IMG/VR virus record: IMGVR_UViG_2675903289_000001 | Source: a virus | Taxonomy: Duplodnaviria; Heunggongvirae; Uroviricota; Caudoviricetes | Length of the DNA: 14,355 nucleotides | Reading direction: 5' to 3' (one strand) | Program-made: the position numbers and the translations under genes | Notes under the pieces: model-generated | The model's database searches: none | Seen by the model: only the letters and a program-made list of their open reading frames with translations | Told to the model about the DNA's origin: nothing | Part shown: one piece after another, positions 1-9,026 of the stretch | Position numbering within the stretch: the stretch's first letter is position 1 | Layout of the letters: the number at the start of each line of letters is the position of its first letter

Positions 1-192
1 CTCTTCCAGAAACGACTCCAGTACCATGGCCTCCTCACGGGGGACAGAAAGCGTCACGCTGTACGTTTTCAGGTTGGCATTCAGCCCGGCAGGCGCTCGC
101 TGGGAATAGCCATCACCAAAGCGCACCTTTCTTACAGAAGGGGCCGAAGCCACATCCATACCGGGTTTCACTTTCCAGCGGAAGGTTTTCAT
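1..192 (-). CDS. M: Minor tail protein M (lambda gpM-like), start codon at 190-192, 3' part cut by window edge; only the N-terminal 64 codons are present
   Basis: Not in ORF track (no stop in window). Manual reverse-complement translation from 192 gives MKTFRWKVKPGMDVASAPSVRKVRFGDGYSQRAPAGLNANLKTY..., which matches lambda gpM from memory. ATGA start/stop overlap with H stop at 189-191. Confidence 0.85.
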   Translation of the reverse strand, partial: MKTFRWKVKPGMDVASAPSVRKVRFGDGYSQRAPAGLNANLKTYSVTLSVPREEAMVLESFLEE

Positions 193-2836
193 CGTCCACC
201 TCCGGAGAACAGGCCACCATCACGCATCTGTGTCTGAATTTCATCACGGGCACCCTTGCGGGCCATGTCATACACGGCCTTCATCATCTGTGGACCTGGC
301 AGACCATTCGTACCGTCGTTCTGAATCACCACGTGATTGTTCTGATTAAAATTAATGCCTTCAGCCCGCCGCATCTGCGCCGGACTTCCGGCACCGCCCA
401 CATAACCACCTTCCGCATAGCCGCGCATCAGCCGGTAGAGATTCCCCACGCCAATCCGGCTGGTTGCCTCCTTCGTGAAGACNNNNNNNNNNNNNNNNNN
501 NNNNNNNNNNNNNNNNNNNNNNNNNNNNNNNNNNNNNNNNNNNNNNNNNNNNNNNNNNNNNNNNNNNNNNNNNNNNNNNNNNNNNNNNNNNNNNNNNNNN
601 NNNNNNNNNNNNNNNNNNNNNNNNNNNNNNNNNNNNNNNNNNNNNNNNNNNNNNNNNNNNNNNNNNNNNNNNNNNNNNNNNNNNNNNNNNNNNNNNNNNN
701 NNNNNNNNNNNNNNNNNNNNNNNNNNNNNNNNNNNNNNNNNNNNNNNNNNNNNNNNNNNNNNNNNNNNNNNNNNNNNNNNNNNNNNNNNNNNNNNNNNNN
801 NNNNNNNNNNNNNNNNNNNNNNNNNNNNNNNNNNNNNNNNNNNNNNNNNNNNNNNNNNNNNNNNNNNNNNNNNNNNNNNNNNNNNNNNNNNNNNNNNNNN
901 NNNNNNNNNNNNNNNNNNNNNNNNNNNNNNNGGTCTTNNNNNNNNNNNNNNNNNNNNNNNNNNNNNNNNNNNNNNNNNNNNNNNNNNNNNNNNNNNNNNN
1001 NNNNNNNNNNNNNNNNNNNNNNNNNNNNNNNNNNNNNNNNNNNNNNNNNNNNNNNNNNNNNNNNNNNNNNGCTGCCTGCCGGTCAGTCAGCCCCCGGTTT
1101 TTCGCATCAATGGCTGCCCGTTTTGCCCGTTGCTGCTGTGCGAATTTATCCGCCTGCTGCGCCAGCGCATTCAGGTGCTCCTGATACGTAACCTTGTCAC
1201 CAAGTGCAGCCAGCTGGCGTTTGTACTCCAGCGTCTCGTCTTTATGCGCCAGCAGGGATTTCTCCTGTGCGGACAGCTGGCGACGTTGTGCCGCCTCCTC
1301 CAGTACCGCGAACTGACTTTCTGCCTTCCACAAATCCCGGCGCTGCTGGCTGATTTTCTCATTCGCTCCGGCATGCTTCTCCAGCGTCCGGAGTTCTGCC
1401 TGAAGCGTCAGCAGGGCCGCATGAGCACTGTCTTCCTGACGATCGCCCGCATACACCTTCACGCCGGACTGTTTCGGCTTTTTCAGCGTCGCTTCATAAT
1501 CCTTTTTCGCCGCCGCCATCAGCGTGTTGTAATCTGCCTGCAGGATTTTTCCGTCTTTCAGTGCCTTGTTCAGTTCTTCCTGACGGGCGGTATATTTCTC
1601 CAGCGGCGTCTGCAGCCGTTCGTAAGCCTTCTGCGCCTCTTCGGTATATTTCAGCCGTGACGCTTCGGTATCGCTCTGCTGCTGCGCATTTTTGTCCTGT
1701 TGACGCTGTTGATCTACCCTCTTTTGGGCTGCATCCCGCTCCAGGCGTTTTTTTTCACGATCATCCCAGTAACGCGCCCGTGCTTCATCGTTAACGAAAT
1801 AATCATCCTTGCGCAGATTCCAGATGTCGTCTGCTTTCTTAAACGCAGCCTCTGCCTTAATCAGCATCTCCTGCGCGGTATCAGGACGACCAATATCCAG
1901 CACCGCATCCCACATGGATTTGAATGCACGTGCAGTCCTGTCTGCCCAGGTCTCCAGCGTGCCCATGTTCTCTTTCAGGCGGCGGGTCTGGTCATCAAAC
2001 CCTTTCGTTGCGGCCTCGTTCGCCGCCTGCAATGCCCCGGCTTCATCGCCGGAACGCTGCAACTGAGCAACATACGCAATCTGCTCCGCCGTCACGTTAT
2101 GGAACTGGCGTGCCATCGCCGTCAGCCCCGACGTCGGGTCTGTGGTCAGCTTCCCGAAGGCTTCAGCGACCTTGTCCACCTCCACGCCGGATGCATAGGA
2201 GAAACGCGCCACACTCTGGCTGATGGACGCAATCTGAGCCTCACCGCTTACCCCCGCCTTAACCAGTGCGCTGAGTGACTCGCTGGTCTGGTTAAACGTC
2301 AGCCCTGCCGCCTGCCCGGCTCTGGACAGGACCAGCATACGATCTGCCGTCAGTCCCGCCTGATTACCGGAAAGGACCAGCGTTTTGTTGAAATCGGACA
2401 GGGTTGAGTTGCCCTGATACCAGGCATACGCCAGCGCACCGGTCGCCACCGCCAGCGAGGTGGCCCCCACCATCGGCAGGGTGATCGCGCCGGCAAGCCC
2501 CCTGAACATGGGGATCATCCCGCCGAAGGAGTCCTTAACCTGACCACCCTGTTGCAGCAGGATCAGCCAGGGATTCTGCCCCCCTGCAAGCTGCGTGGCC
2601 ACGTCGGTGAACTGTGCAGGCAGCATACGCATGGCGGCTTTATACTGCCCGACGGAAATCCCCGCTTTCTGTGCAGCCAGCGCCTGTCGGCTCAGCGACT
2701 GTTCAACGACTGCCGCTGTTTTTTTCGCATCACTTTCCGTACCGGAAAAATGACGCCTGACTCTGGCCATCTGCTCGTCAAATCTGGCCGCATCCAGACT
2801 CAAATCAACGACCAGATCGCCTACCGGTTCAGCCAT
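189..2836 (-). CDS. H: Tail tape measure protein (lambda gpH-like), interrupted by two N-runs so the N- and C-terminal parts appear in different frames
   Basis: ORF track 428..2836 (802 aa with X) begins MAEPVGDLVVDLSLDAARFDEQ..., and ORF 189..449 ends ...DEIQTQMRDGGLFSGGGR; these match the gpH N- and C-termini. Long Ala/Gln/Lys-rich coiled-coil-like middle. ATG at 2834-2836. Confidence 0.9.
483..931. other. Run of N (masked or assembly gap) inside H
   Basis: Contiguous n characters in the sequence. Confidence 0.99.
938..1070. other. Run of N (masked or assembly gap) inside H, separated from the previous run by a 6-nt island ggtctt at 932-937
   Basis: Contiguous n characters in the sequence. 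Confidence 0.99.
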
Positions 2837-3667
2837 ACCGGACTCCTCCTGCGATCCCTTCTGATACTGTCATCAGCATTACGTCATCCTCCGTCATGTC
2901 CGCCACATCCGGGGAAGCGGGGATAACTTCATTCCCGTCCGGGCCAAAGCGGACACCTCCGGCAAGCCCTGCCGCTTTCTGCATCAGCACATCATCTTCA
3001 GGCTCTTCGTCAGCCTCGCGCCGGTTCAGCAGACTGAAATCCAGCGGATGCATCTCCGGATCGCTGAAAAACAGGCTGAGCACGGTGTACGTCAGCCCGG
3101 AAAAGTGCATATCCAGCAGAACATCATGAAAATAATGGGTACTGTAAAAGCGGTGCCAGTCGGCATACTCCGTGGATGACATCCCGGCAAGCATGGCGCG
3201 CCAGTCGGGTCGCCCCATCTCACGCGCCAGTTTCAGGGCAAAACTCAGCTCACCGTCGAACACTTTCCCGCAGAAACAGGCTCTGCAGGCCCGGCGTCCT
3301 CTGCCTGTTCAGGAGCATCATTCACCACAAACTCATACATACCGGACAGCCGGTACACCACGTTTTCAGCATGAGAAATTGCCTCTGTGGGCCAGGTGGT
3401 AAGCACTTCCTGCTCAATCTGTTTAACGGCTTCATTCATGGACGGCATCTGCGTCTTCTTCGGATGGTTATGCCACAGGGACATCGCAACCACAAAAGCG
3501 CCGGTTCTGATGGCGTCTTCCACAGTAAACTTCCGGTTGCTGTCTGACTCCGCCTGTTCTGCCTGCCGTTTCATCAGGTCGAGATGCTCAATACGCTGCA
3601 GGGCTGACAGTTCAGAAAGCGTGACGGTCACACCGTTATGTTCAAATGATTCGGTTTTCAGGAACAT
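2829..3667 (-). CDS. T: Tail assembly chaperone G-T fusion made by programmed -1 ribosomal frameshift near the end of G (T-frame segment 2829..3263)
   Basis: T-frame ORF 2829..3263 (FDGELSFALKLAREMGRPDW...) has no independent RBS-led start, overlaps the G 3' end, and is reached by a -1 slip on GGGAAAG at 3263-3269. This is the same architecture as lambda G/G-T. It overlaps the H start by 8 nt. Confidence 0.85.
3245..3667 (-). CDS. G: Tail assembly chaperone G (lambda gpG-like), 140 aa
   Basis: ORF track 3245..3667, MFLKTESFEHNGVTVTLSELSALQRIEHL...AGKCSTVS; length and sequence match lambda gpG from memory. Confidence 0.92.
   Translation of the reverse strand: MFLKTESFEHNGVTVTLSELSALQRIEHLDLMKRQAEQAESDSNRKFTVEDAIRTGAFVVAMSLWHNHPKKTQMPSMNEAVKQIEQEVLTTWPTEAISHAENVVYRLSGMYEFVVNDAPEQAEDAGPAEPVSAGKCSTVS
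3263..3269 (-). promoter_or_regulatory. Slippery heptamer G GGA AAG (recoding signal for the G-T -1 frameshift)
   Basis: Plus strand reads ctttccc at 3263-3269. In the G frame the codons are GGA AAG (Gly-Lys of ...SAGKCSTVS), six codons before the G stop. Confidence 0.85.
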
Positions 3668-3682
3668 CGCTGACTCTCCGGA

Positions 3683-4289
3683 TTAACTGGCGGTGACGTT
3701 GATTTCTGCAACCGCAGCAAACTCACCATTACCAGATACGACCGGAATGTTGACCTTGCCTGCAGCAACACCTTTCACGGTGATGGTCATACCACTGACC
3801 GACACGGTGGCTTTTGTTTTATCCGCAGACACCGCACGGAAGCTCTTGTCGGTTGCGCCATCCGGCTGGAATGCCACGGTCAGCGTGGTGCTCTGCCCTT
3901 TCACTACGGAAGCACTGGCGGGTGTCACCGTCATGCCGGTCGTCGCCGTCACCGTGCTGCGATCTTCTGCCATCGACGGACGTCCCACATTGGTGACCTT
4001 CACCGTGCGGGTAATCACCTCCTTCGCCGTCACCGCCTTACCGATACTGCTGACCCAGCCACGGAACACATCGACCGTGCCGTTCGGGAAGCGGATTTTA
4101 TAGGCACGGGTATCACCTTCATTAAACCACGCCAGCAGCGCCTGCTGCCCCTGCTCTCCGGGCATCCACGCCAGCGTGAAGCTGGTATCTCCGGCAGATT
4201 TCTGCCCCTGCCCGGTCGCAGTCCAGTCTGCATCTTCATCATCGAGATAGCTGTCGTCATAGGACTCAGCGGTCAGTTCGCCGGGCGTC
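3683..4289 (-). CDS. V: Major tail tube protein V (lambda gpV-like), N-terminal ~45 codons lost in the N-run starting at 4290
   Basis: ORF track 3683..4165 plus in-frame upstream translation to 4288 ([46 protein letters not shown]...). C-terminal Ig-like region ...[18 protein letters not shown]. Matches gpV from memory. Confidence 0.88.
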
Positions 4290-4697
4290 NNNNNNNNNNN
4301 NNNNNNNNNNNNNNNNNNNNNNNNNNNNNNNNNNNNNNNNNNNNNNNNNNNNNNNNNNNNNNNNNNNNNNNNNNNNNNNNNNNNNNNNNNNNNNNNNNNN
4401 NNNNNNNNNNNNNNNNNNNNNNNNNNNNNNNNNNNNNNNNNNNNNNNNNNNNNNNNNNNNNNNNNNNNNNNNNNNNNNNNNNNNNNNNNNNNNNNNNNNN
4501 NNNNNNNNNNNNNNNNNNNNNNNNNNNNNNNNNNNNNNNNNNNNNNNNNNNNNNNNNNNNNNNNNNNNNNNNNNNNNNNNNNNNNNNNNNNNNNNNNNNN
4601 NNNNNNNNNNNNNNNNNNNNNNNNNNNNNNNNNNNNNNNNNNNNNNNNNNNNNNNNNNNNNNNNNNNNNNNNNNNNNNNNNNNNNNNNNNNNNNNNN
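4290..4697. other. Run of N (masked or assembly gap) covering the V 5' end, the U-V junction and the U 3' end
   Basis: Contiguous n characters in the sequence. Confidence 0.99.
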
Positions 4698-4900
4698 GCC
4701 AGGTATCGCTGTCCAGCTCTTCGCCCGTGTATTCAGCGCCGGTGAGATAAACGGCAATTGCCGGAAAATCTTCCTCATCAAAAACAGCGGGGCGACCATC
4801 AAAAAGCGTCGCCCCGGTGTCATGCTTNNNNNNNNNNNNNNNNNNNNNNNNNNNNCTCCAGTGCATCCAGTACGGCTGCACGGAGTTCAGTATGTTTCAT
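4698..4900 (-). CDS. U: Tail terminator protein U (lambda gpU-like), fragmentary: N-terminus 4856-4900 and body 4698-4827 are split by a 28-N run, and the C-terminus lies in the 4290-4697 gap
   Basis: Manual translation from ATG at 4898-4900 gives MKHTELRAAVLDALE. After the N-run the track ORF 4273..4881 reads KHDTGATLFDGRPAVFDEEDFPAIAVYLTGAEYTGEELDSDTW. ATGA overlap with the Z stop at 4897. Confidence 0.8.
4828..4855. other. Run of 28 N inside U (not a multiple of 3, so it breaks the frame)
   Basis: Contiguous n characters in the sequence. Confidence 0.99.
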
Positions 4901-5475
4901 CGCTTTATTACCATTCTCAGTTGATGCTGCAGCGCATAGCCCAGCTCTTTCGGAAGACGTTCACGCCGTATCCGTTCAATATTCTGTTTAAACGCCGTGG
5001 TCAGCGGCACCGCCATCGGGATTTTCACCACATCAATGGGGTAACGGTTTTTCCCGGCCACACGCTGCATAACATGCCACCGGCCGTTTTTCAGTTGCTG
5101 AATAAACGCGCCGGGAATACGACGGTTACCCACCACAAGCACGCTGCCGCCACCTTTCAGGGATGAACGCTGCCCCTTTTTATGACGCCTGCGGCGGGAC
5201 AGGACAACCCGCGCATTACCCAGCTTGATTACGGGCAAATCCCCCCGGTTAACTTTGATTCTGGCCTGCGGATTTTTGACCGTGGCCCTTTTCAGCCTGG
5301 CCCTTTCCTTTACCAGTTTCCGGCGTACCTTTGTCTCACGGGCAACCTGTGACGCAGACTGCGATATCGCGGATGAAGCAACGCGGTTAATGGCCATTGC
5401 GGCGGCACCGGGCACCGCCGTTTTGCTGATACGGCTGAGGTTTTCAACGGCCTGCTCAAGACCTTTTATGGCCAT
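4897..5475 (-). CDS. Z: Tail completion protein Z (lambda gpZ-like), 192 aa
   Basis: ORF track 4897..5475, MAIKGLEQAVENLSRISKTAVPGAAAMAINRVASSAISQ...; ATG at 5473-5475. Position and length match gpZ. Confidence 0.9.
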   Translation of the reverse strand: MAIKGLEQAVENLSRISKTAVPGAAAMAINRVASSAISQSASQVARETKVRRKLVKERARLKRATVKNPQARIKVNRGDLPVIKLGNARVVLSRRRRHKKGQRSSLKGGGSVLVVGNRRIPGAFIQQLKNGRWHVMQRVAGKNRYPIDVVKIPMAVPLTTAFKQNIERIRRERLPKELGYALQHQLRMVIKR

Positions 5476-5486
5476 ACATCCCCCTT

Positions 5487-5840
5487 TCAGCGGCGACGGT
5501 TAACGGCAGGCGGTACGCCCCGTCCAAGCCAGAGATGACAACTTCCGCCATCATCCGGCGAAACCCGATCTACCCAGAAATTTTCCTCACCGATGGTCAG
5601 CGTGTCTCCACGCCGCAGCTGCCGCACCTCATCAGTCCGGACAAACAGGGACGGGCTGGAGCCTTCAACGCGCACGCCCTGTCCGGCATAGCTGATATTT
5701 TCAGGGTCATCAAAAACACCACGTATCACCGCACCTGACTGCTCACCGGATGTCATGGTGGCTGACGTTCCCATGTACCCGCGTATCGTTTCATCGGCGC
5801 GGGCAATGGCAGCATCGAACAGGTTATCGAAATCAGCCAC
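5487..5840 (-). CDS. FII: Head-tail joining protein FII (lambda gpFII-like), 117 aa, GTG start
   Basis: ORF track 5487..5840, (M)ADFDNLFDAAIARADETIRGYMG...; GTG at 5838-5840 preceded by GGGAGG. Confidence 0.9.
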   Translation of the reverse strand: MADFDNLFDAAIARADETIRGYMGTSATMTSGEQSGAVIRGVFDDPENISYAGQGVRVEGSSPSLFVRTDEVRQLRRGDTLTIGEENFWVDRVSPDDGGSCHLWLGRGVPPAVNRRR

Positions 5841-5851
5841 AGCGCCTCCCG

Positions 5852-6250
5852 TTATTGCATTCTGGCCAGGCCGCGCTCTGTCATTTCGGCTGCCACACCG
5901 GCAGAGACACGAAACGCCGTTCCCGGCAGCACAAATGCCACAGGTTTATCCCGCGTGGCGTGAAGTGCATCAGTATGCAGCGTCACCAGTGCCACGACCG
6001 TGACCAGTTCAGCCGTATCCTGAATCACGGTATCCGGCTGCGCTGATACCACCTCATTTTCATGCCCGGTCAGCACATTTTCCCGGCTGAGAGGGGTGTC
6101 CTGACCGGCAGTTTCATCCGTGTCATCAAGCTCTTCTTCCAGCTCTGCCACACGAAGCGCCAGTTCTTCTTTCGTTCCCGTCAAACTGACATCGCGGTTC
6201 AATTGCTCACCCAGCTCCTGAAGACGGGCAATCAGTTCATCTTTCGTCAT
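5852..6250 (-). CDS. FI: DNA packaging/head assembly protein FI (lambda gpFI-like), 132 aa
   Basis: Track ORF 5852..6289 is extended upstream. The likely true start is the ATG at 6248-6250 (MTKDELIARLQELGEQLNRDVSLTGTKEELALRVAELEEELDD...), preceded by GGAGGAG. Confidence 0.85.
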   Translation of the reverse strand: MTKDELIARLQELGEQLNRDVSLTGTKEELALRVAELEEELDDTDETAGQDTPLSRENVLTGHENEVVSAQPDTVIQDTAELVTVVALVTLHTDALHATRDKPVAFVLPGTAFRVSAGVAAEMTERGLARMQ

Positions 6251-6271
6251 GAACTCCTCCACAGAGAGAAA

Positions 6272-6289
6272 ATGGCCCCGAAGGGCCAT
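6272..6289 (-). terminator. Perfect 7-bp GC-rich hairpin with UUCG loop immediately after the E stop, followed on the mRNA by a U/C-rich run; candidate partial terminator or RNA-stabilising element
   Basis: Plus strand atggccc-cgaa-gggccat. On the mRNA this is AUGGCCC UUCG GGGCCAU, then UUUUCUCUCU, then the FI RBS. Confidence 0.4.
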
Positions 6290-6291
6290 GA

Positions 6292-7317
6292 TTACGCCAG
6301 TTGAACGGACACGAACTCATCAGGATCAGCCAGCAGCATCAGCGGTGCTGACTGAATCATGGTGAACTCACGCGCCGGATCGCCGGTGGTCACCCAGTTT
6401 TTCGGGTAACGGGCAGAAGCGTTAATGCCTTCGCGCTGTGCGTCCGCATCCTGAATGCAGCCATAGGTGCGCAGACCGCGAGCCTGAGTGTTCCCCAGCA
6501 CCATCGTGTTGTCCGGCAGGAAGTTCTTTTTGACGCCGTTTTCCACGTACTGTCCGGAATACACGACGATGGCCACATCGCCATACATTCCCTTATAGGA
6601 CACCGCTTTGCCCAGGTCTTTTACCGCTGTCTCCAGCTCGGAATGAGAGCCGCGACGGGTATCCAGCTTCTCCTTGACGGCTTTGAAGGAACGGAACAGC
6701 GCCCAGCCTTTCGGGTCAAACACGATGATATTCACCACACCGCTGGCGTTCAGCGCGTAGGCTTCGATATCGTCGGTCGGGTCATACGTGGACTTGTCAC
6801 GCTTGCTCCACTCCGTGACGCCGGACTGTGTGATGTTGTTCGCCGCACTGCGGCCCATATCCACCTCAACCGGATCGAAGGCTTCACCGGTCATGGTGTA
6901 TTTGCCCTTGAGCACGGCAGAAACTGCCTGCATCTCTTCGACCTGAGCAATGGCCAGCTCTTCGTCACGCATGTTCTGCATGATGATGCGACGGCGGCGG
7001 TAAGCCGGGTCCGCCAGATTCTGCGGATCTTCATCCGGCAGGCGACGCAGGGTCATCTGCGGATTCACCTCATGCTTGGGTTTGACATATCCCGGCGTAA
7101 ATTCAGAGGTGGAGCCGCCACGGGAACGGATAACCTCACCGGAAACAATCGGCGAAACGTACAGCGCCATGTTTACCAGTCCCGGAATTTGTGAGAGATA
7201 GACTTTCTCCGTAGTGAAGGGATAGCTCTCACGGAAAAAGAGACGCAGAAACAGCGGATCAAACTTAAATTTCTGCTCATTTGCCGCCAGCAGCTGGGCG
7301 GTTGTGTACATCGACAT
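6292..7317 (-). CDS. E: Major capsid protein E (lambda gpE-like), 341 aa
   Basis: Track ORF 6292..7344 contains MSMYTTAQLLAANEQKFKFDPLFLRLFFRESYPFTTEKVYLSQIPGL... from the ATG at 7315-7317; ends ...DEFVSVQLA. Matches gpE from memory. Confidence 0.95.
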   Translation of the reverse strand: MSMYTTAQLLAANEQKFKFDPLFLRLFFRESYPFTTEKVYLSQIPGLVNMALYVSPIVSGEVIRSRGGSTSEFTPGYVKPKHEVNPQMTLRRLPDEDPQNLADPAYRRRRIIMQNMRDEELAIAQVEEMQAVSAVLKGKYTMTGEAFDPVEVDMGRSAANNITQSGVTEWSKRDKSTYDPTDDIEAYALNASGVVNIIVFDPKGWALFRSFKAVKEKLDTRRGSHSELETAVKDLGKAVSYKGMYGDVAIVVYSGQYVENGVKKNFLPDNTMVLGNTQARGLRTYGCIQDADAQREGINASARYPKNWVTTGDPAREFTMIQSAPLMLLADPDEFVSVQLA

Positions 7318-7330
7318 AAAAAAATCCCGT

Positions 7331-7351
7331 AAAAAAAGCCACACAGGCGGC
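7331..7351 (-). terminator. Intrinsic-terminator-like hairpin between D and E (GC stem, CUGU loop, then seven U on the mRNA)
   Basis: mRNA sense AAAGGCCGCC UGUG UGGC UUUUUUU. The U-tract is the plus-strand aaaaaaa at 7331-7337. Confidence 0.4.
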
Positions 7352-7372
7352 CTTTAGTGATGAAGGGTAAAG

Positions 7373-7705
7373 TTAAACGATGCTGATTGCCGTTCCGGCA
7401 AACACGGTCCGTTTTTTCGTCTCGTCGCTGGCAGCCTCCGGCCAGAGCACATCCTCATAACGGAACGTGCCGGACTTGTAGAACGTCAGTGTGGTGCTGG
7501 TCTGGTCAGCAGCAACCGCAAGAATGCCAACGGCAGCACCGTCGGTGGTGCCATCCCACGCAACCAGCTTACGGGTGGAGGTGTCCAGCATCAGCGGGGT
7601 CATTGCAGGCGCTTTCGCACTCAATCCGCCGGGCGCGGTTGCGGTATGAGCCGGGTCACTATTGCCCAGCGGCTGGTAATGGGTAAAGGTTTCTTTGCTC
7701 GTCAT
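7373..7705 (-). CDS. D: Head decoration protein D (lambda gpD-like), 110 aa
   Basis: Track ORF 7373..7711 starts [14 protein letters not shown]...; the likely true start is the third codon, ATG at 7703-7705 ([27 protein letters not shown]...). Confidence 0.92.
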   Translation of the reverse strand: MTSKETFTHYQPLGNSDPAHTATAPGGLSAKAPAMTPLMLDTSTRKLVAWDGTTDGAAVGILAVAADQTSTTLTFYKSGTFRYEDVLWPEAASDETKKRTVFAGTAISIV

Positions 7706-7714
7706 AAACATCCC

Positions 7715-8110
7715 TTACACTGGTGTGTTCAGCAAATCGTTAACGGCATCAGATGCCGGGTTACCTGCAGCCAGCGGTGCCGGTGCCCCCTGCATCAGAC
7801 GATCCAGCGCAGTGTCACTGCGCGTCTGTGCACTCTGTGGTGCTGCGGCCAGAATACGGCGGGCCGTTTCCACGGTCATACCGGGGGTTTCGGCCAGCAC
7901 GCGTGCCTGTTCTTCGCGTCCGTGAGCCTCCTCACAGTTGAGGATCCCCATAATGCGACTGTTTTCTGCCGCAACCGCTGCGGTGATCTGCGCGTTCACG
8001 TCCGGCTGCGCCGCGCTGGCGTTCTCGCCCTCCGTCGCTTGCACCACGCCAGTAACGTCAGCCTGCGAAGCAGTGGCTGAAACAGTTGTTGATTGAGTCT
8101 CTTTGGTCAT
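7715..8110 (-). CDS. Nu3: Scaffolding protein Nu3, in-frame internal start within C (C-terminal 131 codons)
   Basis: ATG at 8108-8110 in the C frame (MTKETQSTTVSATASQADV...), preceded by GGAGGG on the mRNA. Lambda has a nested Nu3 in the same place. Confidence 0.6.
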   Translation of the reverse strand: MTKETQSTTVSATASQADVTGVVQATEGENASAAQPDVNAQITAAVAAENSRIMGILNCEEAHGREEQARVLAETPGMTVETARRILAAAPQSAQTRSDTALDRLMQGAPAPLAAGNPASDAVNDLLNTPV

Positions 8111-9026
8111 TCGCCCTCCTGAGAGACGGGATTTACGTGCATCCAGTGCATCACGCATGACGGTGATCGCATCGGTACTGTTAACAAGTTCATCAGCCAG
8201 TCCGGCATCAATGGCCTCCTGACCGCTGTACACTGCAGCCTCGGTATCCAGCACAGCCTGCACGGACAGGCCGGTATATGCCGACACCTTCTGTGCAAAC
8301 ATCCGGCGGGTTGCATCCATCCGGGACTGCAATGTTTCCCGGACATCATCCGGTAGATGGCTGTAGGGGTTGCCATCCACCTTATGGCTGCCGCTGTAAA
8401 TCAGCGTGATTTCCACGCCCTGTTTCTCCAGTGCAGCGCCGTAATTACTGTGAGCCATCATGACGCCGATGGAGCCTGTCCGGGCGGTCTGCGTGACCAG
8501 ACGCCGGGAGGCGGCACTGGCAAGCAGCTGACCTGCGCTGCAGTTCATGTCATTGGCCAGCGCCCATACCGGCTTTATGTCACGCACACGGGCGATGATG
8601 TCAGCGCAGTCAAATGCTCCCGCCACCATTCCGCCCGGTGTGTCCATATCGAGCAGAATGCCGTCCACCATCGGGTCGCTGGCAGCCTGTTGCAGACGGG
8701 CGATAATGCCGTTGTAACCGGTCATCCCCGAGTACGGCTGCAGCGCCCGCGTCCGGCTGACCAGCGTGCCGGACACCGGCAGCACGGCGATGCCGTTCAT
8801 TACCTGATAACTGCGGGCCTGTCGTGGTCCGTCATCATCACCGGATAACGCCAGCGCCGCGGGTGCCTCTCCGGCAGTCAGGCTGTCGCCGGATACTGCA
8901 TCCGTCAGGCAGCTGATCCCAAGCTGGCCTGCAAGCGCACAAAAGAAAACCCGCGCATAGGCGGGTTCAAGCATCNNNNNNNNNNNNNNNNNNNNNNNAA
9001 AAGCCATGCTGGCAATATGCGGGAGA

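Noticed and set aside
189-449. 86-aa ORF looking like a separate small gene
   Set aside because: It is the C-terminus of H (...NNHVVIQNDGTNG...DEIQTQMRDGGLFSGGGR), separated from the rest of H only by the frame break that the N-runs introduce.
333-2926. Plus-strand ORFs overlapping H (333..1184, 475..1191, 1130..1660, 1700..2278, 1924..2223, 2552..2926)
   Set aside because: They are antisense to a gene whose product is recognisable end to end as the gpH tape measure. Several consist largely of X from the N-runs, the rest are Arg/Leu/Cys/Pro-rich as expected for the reverse strand of GC-rich coding DNA, and none has a plausible RBS or known fold.
4030-4881. ORFs 4030..4260 (-) and 4266..4823 (-), and the MQPYWMHW N-terminus of ORF 4273..4881
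   Set aside because: These are out-of-frame readings across V and U or artefacts of the N-runs; the MQPYWMHW stretch is an alternate-frame read of the true U N-terminus caused by the 28-N frame break.
6643-8848. Plus-strand ORFs antisense to E, D and C (6643..7194, 7387..7686, 7646..8080, 8357..8848)
   Set aside because: Each lies wholly inside a confidently assigned minus-strand structural gene; their low-complexity Arg/Cys/His-rich composition is typical of antisense frames.
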